A DNA stretch of 64,000 nt from Octopus vulgaris (Eukaryota): assembly GCA_951406725.2 (NCBI GenBank), contig OX597814.1:80104001-80168000 (forward strand), given 5' to 3'. The notes below the pieces were generated by a model. The model was not told where the DNA came from and ran no database searches. It saw nothing but the letters and a program-made list of their open reading frames with translations. The position numbers were made by a program, and so were the translations under genes. This document shows positions 1-12,811 of this stretch, in pieces; the stretch's first letter is position 1, and each line of letters begins with the position of its first letter.

Positions 1-281
1 CCCTACACATGCATGAATTCTTCAGCGATGTTCTTATAACCATACGAGTTGTTTTACATCATTGGAAACAAAATTTGCTGATCGCCCAAAACATCTTTTA
101 TTACTAATTGCTCTTAACGTATTTCACTCGCTCACTGTTTCATTGCTTCAAGTATAAAGATACGGCAAGCAGTTAGCTTAATCAAAGCAGAACCGACGAG
201 TGGATGTCGATGATTCTTAAGCCCAAGAAACACTCACTGGATATCTTACACTTGTTGATTGCCAACAAGAATTTTAACATT

Positions 282-478
282 TGTTTCAAATTTTGGCACT
301 AGGCCAGTAATTTTAGGAGACGAGTAAGTCGATAATATCGACCCCAGTGTTCAATTGGAACTTATTTTTCGACCCCGAAAGGATGAAACCAGCGGTATTT
401 GAACTTAAAGTCGAGATAAAATGCTGCTAAACATTCATTTTGTCCACTGAGGTAACGAATCTGCCAGCTCGCCATCCT
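282..478 (-). mobile_element. tRNA-derived SINE, family A (degenerate)
   Basis: Reverse complement of the family-A body, e.g. tcgaccccgaaaggatgaaa and ctgccagctcgcc, matching the better copies at 32911 and 55682. Confidence 0.75.
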
Positions 479-1599
479 CACAAGAATTTTGTTTAACATT
501 ACAACCTTTTACACCATTGGTCATTCTAAAACTATATCATTCTCGCTTTATTTTAGAATGGTAAGATAATACCTAACAGCCAGCCGAATCAAAAGTCTTC
601 GAAATACTTATTGTCAAGGGTTTTAAGCCCAGGAAATTTAATTCGTCCTGGATATGTCCAACAACTAGAAAAAAAGCGTCAGGCATGGTCAGAGCTCAGA
701 ACTGTAAAAAACAAAATTACTTTTTAAATGATAATTTGAGGTTAATAAGAAAGGTATCAAATTCTATAAAAGGGGCTAGAGATAAAACGATTAAATTGAT
801 CTTAGTTTGTTAATGGTAGTCAATAGTATCAAACAGCTGAACGAGTGCTCATGGGCAGTGAAAAAGTGCTTATGTGGTCGCTCGGCCAGCTAAAAATAGC
901 TGGTATCCCGTTAAAATGAAAAAAATAAACTTAACAGATGATATATTCTGTGAGTTAAAAGACAGACTACTTATCCCTTTGACAATGGTTTTGCTCAATC
1001 ACTGATGGTCTTGGACTAAACAACAATGATAACAAGAGTATGAACGGTAAATGAAGTAAAAGGTGATTTCGAACTCGTGCGTGGATTATATTTAAATTTA
1101 TTTTGCAATACTGAACTCAATTTTCTCAGGTAGGCCACTTCTATCACCACACCAAATCAAACACTAGGTGAATGAATTCTCTCAAGTTAATTCCATAATC
1201 TAGAAACTATTTCATTCATAAAATCCCATTCTAAACTTTTTACGTAGTCCTTCTCTCTGAAAAAGATAAAACTGAATCTCACTTTCTGTCAGGTTGTTTC
1301 TCCAGTAACAGATAAACCTGCAATAGTTCAAACTGAACATTAACCGAACAAATTGATTTCACTTAATATTATTTCTTTTCCCTCAACTATGAGAAGGGAC
1401 TGAAAAAAAAAACAATTAGGAGCACTGCCTCTTCACTTTAACCACCTTCGTCTCCTCGTGCCCCTTCAAAAATGATGAATGAACAAGTAAATTTACCCTC
1501 CCTTTCGTCACATCCTTTAACCAGTCTTTTACTATCTCTCTCTCCTCTCTTCACATATATTCACATATATACATGTACATATATTTATATATATAGGCG

Positions 1600-1631
1600 T
1601 GTGTATGTGTGTATATATGTATATATATGTA

Positions 1632-1708
<77 letters not shown>

Positions 1709-2018
1709 CTTTTATTGTTTAATCTTTTCCTGTCTTTTACTTACTCGTTCTCACCTTGATGTTCTTCATTCAATTAATCATTCAATATAATCTTCCCTCT
1801 CCTTCTCTCTCCCTCCGTGCCACAGCTATTTATTGCTCCCTATTTCACGCAATCTCCATTCATTCTTTCTTCTTTAAGAAACGTACTCTGCCCATTAATT
1901 CTCAACCAACTCCCACCTTCTTTCCTTCTGACTATCTGCAACCATTCATTCTCCTCCCAAACAAACACACACCACACATGCACACAAGAACACACACACA
2001 TACACACATACACACACA

Positions 2019-2081
<63 letters not shown>

Positions 2082-2690
2082 TCACACACTCTTTAACTCA
2101 CCACGAATTTCGGTAGCATTTATTCTCTCCAGACATCACATCACCTCCGGCTTCTACACTGAACCGAACTTTTTAAAAAAAAAACCCAAAAAGAAATGCT
2201 TATTTGTAATACTCAGTCAGTCTCATTATATATATCATTCACATATGGTTTGTTTTGCATTTTCTTTTTTTTTTTTTTTCTTTGTACAATCTTTTCACTT
2301 CCATCTATTCTACTTAGCCGTTGCCAGAGAAGGCATCACATTGTTAAATTCTAACACCTTTTAGCCTCTCTCTGTCTACAGGTATTGTTCAATGTTCAAT
2401 GTGTTGAAAAGAATGGTGCTTGAGAAATTTGAAACATCAATCCGAACACACACACACACACACACACACATACACACACACGCACATGCACACATACACA
2501 TACACAAACACACGCACACGCACACACATGCCACGCAGGTATGTGGCGTGTGTACGTATAAGTGTGCATGTATATATTATATGTATGTATGCATATATGT
2601 GTATTATATATGTATGCGTGTATGTAAGTGAGTGTGTGTATGTTTATGTACATATACATGAATAGTATATATTTGTGTGTGTGTGTGTGC

Positions 2691-2727
<37 letters not shown>

Positions 2728-3240
2728 TGTGTGTGTGCAAAACGATCTGATGAAGAATAAGTACAAAAATAGGTGTGAGAATGGGGAGGTCATAAAAAGA
2801 GTAGATACATAGAGACCGAGAGAGGGAGGGAGAGAGAGAAGGAAGGGGAGTCTGCACTGTAGTTCCTTCTTCTATTTCTTCTTCTTCTTTCTTCTTCTTC
2901 TTCTTTCTTCTTCTTCTTCTTCTTCTTCTTCTTCTTCTTCTTCTTTTTCTTCTTCTTCCTCACCTACGTGGTGAAGTTAGATTAGAAAATAAAAATAAAG
3001 AGGGTGGATCTCAAGCAGGGACTATAGCGTATTATTTATTCTTATTCGTTTGATTAACCAAATGTTTTTATCATGCCGACAGCAAATTCTCTTATTGAGG
3101 AATGGCAACAAATGAACACCAAAAGGAAAAACAAACTGCCTAGTAAGGAATTTGTTAATTTGGTAGGTGCTGGAGAATTAATGAGGTAATGGAAAAATAG
3201 AGACAAGAGATTAGGAATAGTGATGGGGAACAGGATAAAG

Positions 3241-3307
<67 letters not shown>

Positions 3308-3408
3308 CGTATGTGTGTGTGCATAAGAGGGAGGAAACTAGGAGACATACAAGACTGAAAGAGGGTATGGAATAGACGCACACATACACAAACACGCATA
3401 CATATGCG

Positions 3409-3490
<82 letters not shown>
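1600..3490. repeat. Cluster of microsatellites: (TA)n/(TG)n, (CA)n, (TTC)n
   Basis: Visible tracts at about 1600-1706, 1965-2080, 2450-2735, 2876-2960 and 3243-3490. Confidence 0.95.
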
Positions 3491-3495
<5 letters not shown>

Positions 3496-4111
3496 ATGTT
3501 TGTGTGTGTATATGTGTATGAGAGAGAAAAAAAGAAAGAATGAGAGATGAGAAAAAGAGATCGGAGAAAGAAAGACGAGAGAAAGAGAAAAGGATGGAGA
3601 GAAAAGAAAATGATGTATGGAGAAAGGTTAAAACAAAAAATTCAACTTAAGGCAATATAAATTGGAAAATGAAATGACAAAATGAGTGATGAAAATAGGA
3701 TGATGTTGATGATGATGACGATGAGCGTAGTGGTGGTTTTGGTAAAGTAGTAGTAGTAGTAGTAGTAGTAGTAGCTGTTGTGGAAGAAGAAGAAATGAAG
3801 AAGAAAAACAAGAAGAACAACAACAAGAAAACCAACAACAACAGTATAACAATGATTAAAAGAAAAACGTGTAATTTTAGTCTGATTTTTTTATACTTTT
3901 GCTTTTGTTATTTATTATCTAGAGAGCGGGAAAAAAATAAAGAAAATGAGACAGACAGACAAGCAGACAGACACAGGAGTGTTACAAGAACGGTGGTGAT
4001 GCATAAATGTGTATGTCTTGGTGATCGCGTATACATCTATGCGCATGTGTAGGCGTATGGACGCACACACACGAACGCGTGCTCACACACACATAACAAA
4101 TACACACACAC

Positions 4112-4153
<42 letters not shown>

Positions 4154-4501
4154 GATTGCGGGAAAGAACGGAGAAAAGGGGTGAAAAAGAGAGAAAGCTG
4201 TGACAAAAGACTTAGACAACTTATTCATGCAAACAGTTTAGCTGTAGAGAGCAACTAAACATATGTAAATAGATAAGGCTACCCATCACCATCTGTCTGT
4301 TTAAATTCAGTAATTGATTCTTGACTAGCTGTGCTCCTGAACTGGAGTACACTTGATGAGCCGTACAGGTTGATCTTGATCATCGAGGAGGATTCAAGCG
4401 TATTTATTCGAAGAAATTTTTAAACTGGCTAAGAAGCATGCTATCATAATTCTTTCCTGTGTGCTAGCTTATCGTCATATTTTCCCTTCTCTCTGCTTGC
4501 A

Positions 4502-4555
<54 letters not shown>

Positions 4556-4561
4556 TGTGCG

Positions 4562-4870
4562 TGCGTGGGAGGTAAAGGAGTAGTGGTCGATCGGTCAAGT
4601 AGTTAGCTTCATGACCACGTGGTTTCGTTTCAGTTCCACAACGCAGCACCTTGAGTAAGCGTTTTTTTTTTACGGTAGCTCCGGGTCAACTAATGCCTTG
4701 TCAGTGAATTTGTCGGAAACTGTGGAAACCCGTCTGTGTGTGTGGAGAGATTGCGCGTGCATGCATGTTTTTACTTTGTTCGCTCACCGCTAAGCAATTG
4801 GTGTTGACTTGTTTACGTCCCCGTAACTTAGCGGTTTCGGCGAAGACTTTCATAGAATAAGTAACGGATT
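4562..4870 (+). mobile_element. tRNA-derived SINE, family B (degenerate)
   Basis: Contains gcaccttgagtaag, gccttgtcagtgaatttg and tttacgtccccgtaacttagcggtt, collinear with the copy at 15586. Confidence 0.75.
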
Positions 4871-5219
4871 TCATACAATTTCAGGATACTCATGACAAGA
4901 GCATTGAAGAGATTCATTCAAGGATTATATTTAAACTGATGTATCAGCCGTCAGTCAGTCGACTCTGTATTCAACATATATCCTATATGTTGTGCTTCAT
5001 ACATACAAACCTCAAGCCTCTTGTCTCCAGTCTGTTCTTTGAGGTTGTAAGTCCACTAACGTTCCCTTCCGTTCCACATTTCCTATTAGGATGGTTTTCG
5101 ACAATGACTTGTAATGCATCGTATTTCCAAAGTATGATAGCTTTGTAGACTTGATTATCGCGAACCGGCGTGTATACTGAATCGAGAAATATTGGGATTT
5201 TGGTATTCAATTAGGCAAT

Positions 5220-5960
5220 TTACAGCAAGGTCGACCGAGCGCCCACGTACCAGGCAACCAAAAGAGAATTTAATGGCTCATATTCTGTCTTTAGTTCTTC
5301 GGTATTGTAGTTTATCAGTGTCCAGTACACTTAAGTCTCAATTTACTCTGTATATCGAGTTACAAAACAAGTACATGAGACGGGAAAACTAATTGCTTCA
5401 AGCAATGATATGACTACTATTTGACGAGTGATTCTTTCATTTACCATCTTCAAGAAAAGCTACCAATGACAAACCTAAGTCTTATTCAAGGGCATATTTA
5501 TCTTTCATCTGTAAAACTATAGATAATTACCAAGGTACATGGATCAATGTTATACCGAAAGGGTTAGCTTTTACTCCAGTATTTAAGGGTGTCTTGGCCT
5601 AATGTTTCAGCGAATTTTCGTCTTCTCCATGACTGACTCATCCCATCATCCAGTTGAGCTTGCTTGCACAGTTTTAACCCACACATATTTTCTATCTCGG
5701 TCCTGCATTAGTTGTGCGAATTCTTCCGGGAGGCAAACATTACCTTTGGTGAGTTGATCTACATACGTTGTATTCGGACGACCTGCTCGAGTACGGCCAT
5801 GCTTTGGCTGTCTCGCAAAGTGCAAGAGCTTTTTTTTCTTATAATGGTAGAATGTGTTATTAGCTTATCCTAAATATTCCGATCAGGGTTACCAGAATTT
5901 TGCATATTCGCAGGGCCTCGTAAATGCGATCTAGTTCAAACAAGTGCTACCCGATGTAAT
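5220..5960 (-). mobile_element. RTE-like LINE C-terminal remnants
   Basis: Minus-strand peptides QPKHGRTRAGRPNTTYVDQL (about 5750-5812) and KLRLKCTGH...ILFWLPGTWALGRP (about 5228-5345) resemble the RxRWxGH and W-P-G-R-xxGRP motifs at RTE ORF ends. Heavily decayed. Confidence 0.45.
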
Positions 5961-6191
5961 TATAGAAAAATGTGTGAAAATGAGATTGACTGAGTATCAG
6001 ACCAATCAACAATTAACTGGTTTCTTTATAGAAAATCGTCGCACAAGCTTTCATTATTTACCAGCAAAAACCTCGCGCGCCAGCTAGAATTTCGTATAAG
6101 TTCAAAGAAGTCTTTAAATTTCTCAAATGAAGCTCACACAGTTGTAGTGACTTAAGTACGAATGATTACACAAATTTTAACACACACACAC

Positions 6192-6225
<34 letters not shown>

Positions 6226-7926
6226 TCCGAATTTGTGTAAATGTGTATAGAATAATATATCAGTTGAATAAAGTTAAAACATGGTCTGGTTTACATGCTT
6301 TTTATTATGGTATTTAAAAAAATATTTTTTTACAGTGTTGAGGTGTGTTATATATATTATATATATATGTGTGTGTGTGTGTATACATATATATATACAT
6401 GAATACTTACACACTAACGCACTCACAGACACACAAACACATCACACATACACATTACATACATGTACATATATATATATATATATTTATTTCTGAAACT
6501 GTAGATTCTCATTAAGCAGAATACGTACAGAGCGTAAAGTATATGATTGATTAAGAAATATGTTTTTCATAAAGAAATTAAAGAAATTAATAAAATCCCA
6601 ACGATTTAATCTTTTAAAAATCTCCTTATTTTCTTTTTCTCTTATTTTACATGTAAACATGTGACTATTTCGCAATCATTGATGACTTTAGTTTATCGTC
6701 GTTATCGATGTTGTTGTTGTTGTTGTTGCTGCTGTTGTTGTTACTGCTGTTAATACTGTTGTTATTATTGACGATGTTTGCGTTGGTGATGTTGTTGCTG
6801 TTGTGAAACTCCAGTCAACTCCAGTTAACTATTTCCCGGCCGTAACCAAGAGTCATTTTCCCATCTAGAGTGACATTAATCAAATATGTCATCGTCTTTA
6901 AAGTTATAGGTAGGGTGTGATTTGAGAGAGATTTCACAACTAATTTTAGGAAGTCAAACAACTGCAAGTGATAACCTCGTTACCCCTTAATGAAGGAAAG
7001 AAAAACGTAACTAAGTTAGTTCGGCGATCAAATAATAGACAACTGAATGTGAGAACAATGATGTGCATGGTCCATTTTGAAAAAAAGCTTTGATGTAACA
7101 ATGATGAATGTTTCAAAGCATTGAATCAAGCTGGAATCCTAAGATTCATACGAGCCATGGCGTGATCCCCTATAGAGTTGCTAAACCTTCTAGAAAGGTA
7201 ACTAAATGTCCCTTGTATCGTCTGGAAAATGAATGAGGCGTAAAGATTAATATCTAGTATAATAATACACTTGTGTTTTTCCGTCACAACATATTTTTCC
7301 GTCACAACATATAAATGAGAAAGGAAGGAGTGATAGGTGAATAAGGAATGAAGGGGTAATGGTTAACTGGTAGTGGGATGATGAAAATACTACGGTGAAA
7401 AAAATCAAACAGCGTTTCAACTGTGTGAGTATATGTGCATACGTGAAGTACGTGAATGTATGTGTGAATCAGCGCTCTTTCAGAAACAAAGGATGATCGA
7501 TGTCACATCTCAAAAGACAACCACTAGATAGCACTGATAGGTTTATTAATTTGATTTACTATCCATATTCTATGTTTTGTTTAAAATAATTATTATAATC
7601 ACACACACCTACACAAACATAGACATATACAAACTCATAAGGGAAAATAATTATTCCCTGGGTGTATCAACAATATAAAATGGCTGCAGTTGAAAGGTAT
7701 ATTATAAATTTGGTAACAAAAGAATTATTAACCCAGTAATGCATAAAGTTTATCAATGATTATCTTTAAAGAAGATTTTCAGGGATTAATAATAATACAT
7801 TACATAGTACTCAAACAAACTTTTAATGATTTTTCTCTTATTGTTTCAAGATACAGAGGGTCCATTTTTCTGGACGTTATGCCCTCATCAGCATATAAAG
7901 TCCCTGTAATATTGCAGCTAAATTTT

Positions 7927-8040
<114 letters not shown>

Positions 8041-8213
8041 AATATTAGGGAATAAATCCAAATTTACAGGGGAAAAATCAGATTTAGGATTAAATCCAAT
8101 TTTATAGTAAAATATTATATAATATTAATTCGAGACAAAACCACTATTTTGCAAAACAAACAAGGAAAGACTTAATCACTACATAAAAATTTTTAATATA
8201 AAGAAATAAACCG

Positions 8214-8256
8214 CCACTACAATCGTTTCATGTCTTCAATGACATTCGTCAGGTGG
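8214..8256 (-). ncRNA. Minimal type I hammerhead ribozyme (mirror copy)
   Basis: Exact reverse complement of 8325-8367. Confidence 0.85.
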
Positions 8257-8324
8257 AATTTCGATCTCCTAATCTGTTTTAATTTATTAAGTCATAAATT
8301 AAAACAGATTAGGAGATCGAAATT

Positions 8325-8367
8325 CCACCTGACGAATGTCATTGAAGACATGAAACGATTGTAGTGG
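8325..8367 (+). ncRNA. Minimal type I hammerhead ribozyme
   Basis: ccac-CUGACGA-auguc(auugaa)gacau-GAAAC-gauu-GUA-gugg. The core is complete, stem I has 4 bp, stem II has 5 bp, and the predicted cleavage is after A8363. Confidence 0.85.
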
Positions 8368-8453
8368 CGGTTTATTTCTTTATATTAAAAATTTTTTATG
8401 TATTGATTAAGTCTTTCTTTGTTTGTTTTGCAAAATAGTGGTTTTGTCTCGAA

Positions 8454-8508
<55 letters not shown>

Positions 8509-8623
8509 TATTTTGGCTGGAAACAATCATCTTATCACTAAATAAAGCATAAAATGACTATATTTTCCGTTGATACGAAAAAATAACATCCTAAAACAAG
8601 CATTATAATAATTATACTGAGCA

Positions 8624-10305
8624 TTATATTTTATGGCTTCTGATGGTATCCTTCGTGACAAAGTGACAGAGAGGATGCAGTCCAACATTGCATCTTACAC
8701 AATAAAATGCAGTTTTTCCAGGACAATGTGCGCATCTTCTTGTGTTGCCCTGTCTCAGCCAGTGGTTTATTCCATCATATTGTACACAGTTGATGAGAGA
8801 AGATGCTTGCCTGCCTTGTTTAGAAGGAGTCTCATACTGTTTCAATATCGAAATGGCTAATTTGCGCCAAAACTGTGGAAGAGACTCCGTGTTATTTCTT
8901 CTTCTTTTCGATAAAATTCTGGAATTCACAACAACAACATCAATGAAATAAATGAAAATTGGCCACCACCACTTCTACCTCATTCATGTACGGTAGGATG
9001 CGACCAATTGGTCCATCAGATCAACAACCCTCATATACAAATTATAATTCTGCACAACAATTGGTTGAGGTATGGCGATATATGACTTTATCTCTGCTGA
9101 ATATCTCTGTGATGTACTGATATTTTATTTCATAACACAGACTGTAGATGTCGATGTAAAATCAGATGACCAGTTGAGTAGTTTTTTGAAAGTTTTTCGT
9201 TTTCCTAGAAGATAATTTAGCAATCTGTTTTCTCTAACAACGCCTGTTTCACAAATTCCTCCTGATGATAGGTGATCTAACAACTTAAAGGAAGTAAAAT
9301 AGTTATCGAAAAGAAGTTTGTAGCCTGCATTAGCTGTCACATATTTTTTTGTATCAGCTTCATTACTACACCACCTCCTATTTGTGCGGGTGTCGTGATT
9401 ACATTTTCCAACATAGACATCGAACGCATACATGTAATCACATGATGAACAAAGAGCCCAATTTTTATATCCGAATTGTATTGCTTTCCCTTTTATATAT
9501 TGCTACGGTGTCTTCCGTAGTATGGGATAATCAATTCGTCAATATATAAATTTTCATCAAGCGGTTTGAGCTGAACAAATTTTGTTGGTAAATGTTGAAG
9601 AAGCGGCTGTAATTTGTAAAGGCGATCTGACCCGTCATTGCGTGTATTGTTATTGAAGTGCAAATGGTGAAGTAATTACTCAAATCTATTGCATCTGATA
9701 TCATCACAAAGAAGTTTTGGGCCATCTTTCTCACGTGACCAATAAAGATTCTTATTGGGGTATTTAGCGTACCCAGACAATAAAAAACTTCAAATGTAAT
9801 ATGAAGTTCATCACTTGTAATATTCAAAGTCTTGCTTTGCTGTAATGCGTATATGTTAGTTTGTTCCACTAAATTATCTGTGAAGGCATTATCAATAAAA
9901 AGTTTGAATATATCTGATTCGCTGCTAGCTGACAATACTTCTGCAGGAATTACGCTGTCTCCAGTTCGTTCGCAATTGATAACGAATGCAGGAACTGTAC
10001 GTGACCATTCAATTGGGTTTGGTCTACTTTTCTTGGCCTTGTTTGATAGTGGAGTAGCTTGTGCTTCGTTAACATCAACAGCTGCAACATTTGAAGGCAT
10101 GTGAGGGATAAAATCACACGTGACTGATTAGGACAGGACCGAGCTTATTGAAATCTCCAGCTGATTCTTTATCTGAAGCATCAGAATCTGCGTCAGTTGC
10201 AGCTATATCGTGTTCATCAGGTATATGAAGAACTATATCACCAGCTTCAATTTCATCATCATCAATATCATCCAATATTTTCAATATTTCTGAGATTTTC
10301 AACCT
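8624..10305 (-). pseudogene. piggyBac-family (PGBD2/PGBD3-like) transposase, frameshifted
   Basis: Collinear motifs across frames: acidic N-terminus (LDDIDDDEIE), FKLFIDN...LVEQTNIYA, IDELIIPYYGRH, GKAIQFGYKNWALC, LFDNYFTS, YNLYMRVVDLMDQ, KWWWPIF, and the C-terminal Cys-rich domain RRCAHC...FYCVRCNVGLHPLC. Confidence 0.92.
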
Positions 10306-10351
10306 GAAAACGAGAAAAACGTTCATATGGGCGGTTGAGTGCATAGCGTCC

Positions 10352-11580
10352 ACCTTCCCTATCCTTCCCATCTCCCCATACCATCCCCCCATCCTATACC
10401 CCACCCCTCCCCACATACCCTACCTCTATCCCTACCCTCTGCCTAACCACAAACCCCAACTCTACCCCAACCCCCAGTCGAACCCACACCCCACCCGTGT
10501 TTTCCCCACTCTCGCCTCCCCACCTCCCAATAACATTATACCACACCACACTATACCATACAACATTACACATCACATCACGACACACCACCCACACACC
10601 CATCCCCACATCATCACACCTACACATACACGCACACGTCCAGACCACCAGCTCTCTTTCACACGCACGTACATACTCTCTTATATACACACACACACCT
10701 TTGTGTTGGGGGTCATCTTTACCTTGTTATCTCCCCTACTTTCCTCCTCGTGTTTGACCCTTCTGTCCGGCACTAGTTGCCATGATAGATCGTTAGCCAC
10801 TGCACACATTTTTTTCTCTCCTTGTTTCTCTCCTTGTTTTTTTCTGTGTCCCTCTCCATAGAAGAGCGTGGGCTCGAAACGTAAAATACTTTTTCTATTC
10901 CTGCGCGTTATACTAATACATCTGTTTGTTTTGTACACCACCTGTCTTTGTGTTTTGTTTTTTTCATAAACTCTCCCTGCCTTCGTCTTTTGTCTATTTT
11001 CATAAAGCTTCCCGTTATATATTATGCGCTCACGTGGTCTCACTTTCATCCTATATTCTACCAATACCACTATCAACACTTACCTCTACCTTGGATTTTC
11101 TTTACCTCTTGGATACTTACCATTGGCTGCACCTCTCTTTCGCGGATCAAAGTGACTTTGCATTGATGTGAAATCCTTAAAAAATATACCACGACGTCTA
11201 CACATTTCTCACCTTGAACTTTCGCATAAACTGTCCCGTTTGTTGTATTTTTATTTTCTCATATATTACCACTTTTTTTACATTCATTTCATGCTTTCCA
11301 CATATCTCCCCTTATTTCGCTCTCGCGTCTCATGTTTGATCTTTGACCTCTGGCCGAAATCAGATCGCCATGTTGATTCGTTAGTTACTGCACGCATTTT
11401 TTTCTCTCCTTCTTTCTGTGTTTTTTTTCTCTCTGTGTATCTTTCTGTTGAAGAGCGTAGGCTCGAAACGTTAAAGACTTGTTTTATTTATATTTCCTGA
11501 GCGCCATACTAATACAATTGTTTGTTTGTTTTCCACCTGCCTTCGTCTTTTGTCTATTTTCATAAAGCTTCCCGTTATAT
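10352..11580 (+). mobile_element. Penelope-like element 3' region with two tandem terminal repeats
   Basis: 10352-11020 is homologous to 50505-51030, which lies downstream of a GIY-YIG remnant. About 10740-11020 is repeated at about 11320-11580. The element ends in (TA)n. Confidence 0.75.
11440..11477 (+). ncRNA. Hammerhead-like motif with variant core
   Basis: ucuuu-CUGUUGA-A-GAGC(guag)GCUC-GAAAC-GUU-aaaga, with a palindromic AACGUU stem III and an A6-to-U change from the canonical core. Confidence 0.6.
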
Positions 11581-12747
11581 ATATATATATATATATATAC
11601 ATACATATATACATATATATAAACACAGATACGTATATATGTATTTATATGTACATATGTGTGTGTGTGTCTATGTTATAAAATTGAAAACTCACCAGGA
11701 ATCTATCTCCTCGAAACGAAATCATAAAATATTTGTGCCGATTACTAATGTTATCCAAACAATATTTTCTCTCAAATTTTTAATGGTCTATGAACTCTAA
11801 AAATATGATGTACAAATTAGTATTGAGTTACATAAAAAGTTTGACTGTATGTAAACCTGAGAATATTAAGTTATATTTAATGTATTTAATAGACCAAACG
11901 AAGGATCATGTTTTCTATTGCTTTTGGTAGGGTTTGTTGTTTTTAGTTAGTAGTCTGTTTCGGTGGATTTTATTTTATTTATTTATTTATTTATTTATTT
12001 GTAATGCAGCAATGTTGTCTGAGCGTCCGATGCAATATCTTACAGTATTTGTTTTCGAATCCCGACTAGGGCAATTTTGGCTTCTGTACATTGCGGTGAA
12101 TAATTTATTTGTCAGAAGTAGTGAACTTGCCGGATTATCAAAGATCCTCCTCGCCATCCTCCGGAACAACGCCTTTTCCATTATGTCTGCTGGGGCCATG
12201 AATAATGTTTCTCAATTTTACGACAGATAAGAATAAATCTAAAAATACTGTTCTATTAACTACGGTACGAGATTCCTTGCTGTACGTGTTCTGACATTCT
12301 GAGTTTGTCTGCGACCACTTTAGCTAGAGCCTGTCAACATCTTTCCCGGCTTTTCCTTTAGATAACATTGGTAGACGCGGATGCCAACATGTGTGGACTG
12401 CGGTCGGTCTGACCAAAAGACAAATTAACCTTGTTCAGGCCTTCGCCGTGAAGAAGAGCTTTCCACATCCATGGTTTCCGAGCAGCACATGTGGCTGGCT
12501 GCTCCAAAATTTTGTTCTTCAAATTTGAGGATGTTTTTTATCATTATAGTTTCTTGCACAACCGTTTTTTTTTTCGATCGGTAACGTTTCCTATCATCTT
12601 CAGGTGATATTGTTGTACCATGCTAGGAATTGAACGTGTGACTATAAATATTTCCCGCTCGAGAGTCTTCAGATCTCGTTATTGACCAATTGCCTGCGAT
12701 GTCAATAGTGTTCTTATTTAAAACCGATAGAGCTGGTTGCATTTAAG

Positions 12748-12811
<64 letters not shown>

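Noticed and set aside
2366-2390. Acceptor-like ctctctctgtctacag|gt
   Set aside because: The downstream sequence runs into a (CA)n tract with no plausible exon or donor.
8500-10352. piggyBac terminal inverted repeats and TTAA target duplication
   Set aside because: I found none. Both ends are replaced by other insertions, so the element is not called intact or domesticated.
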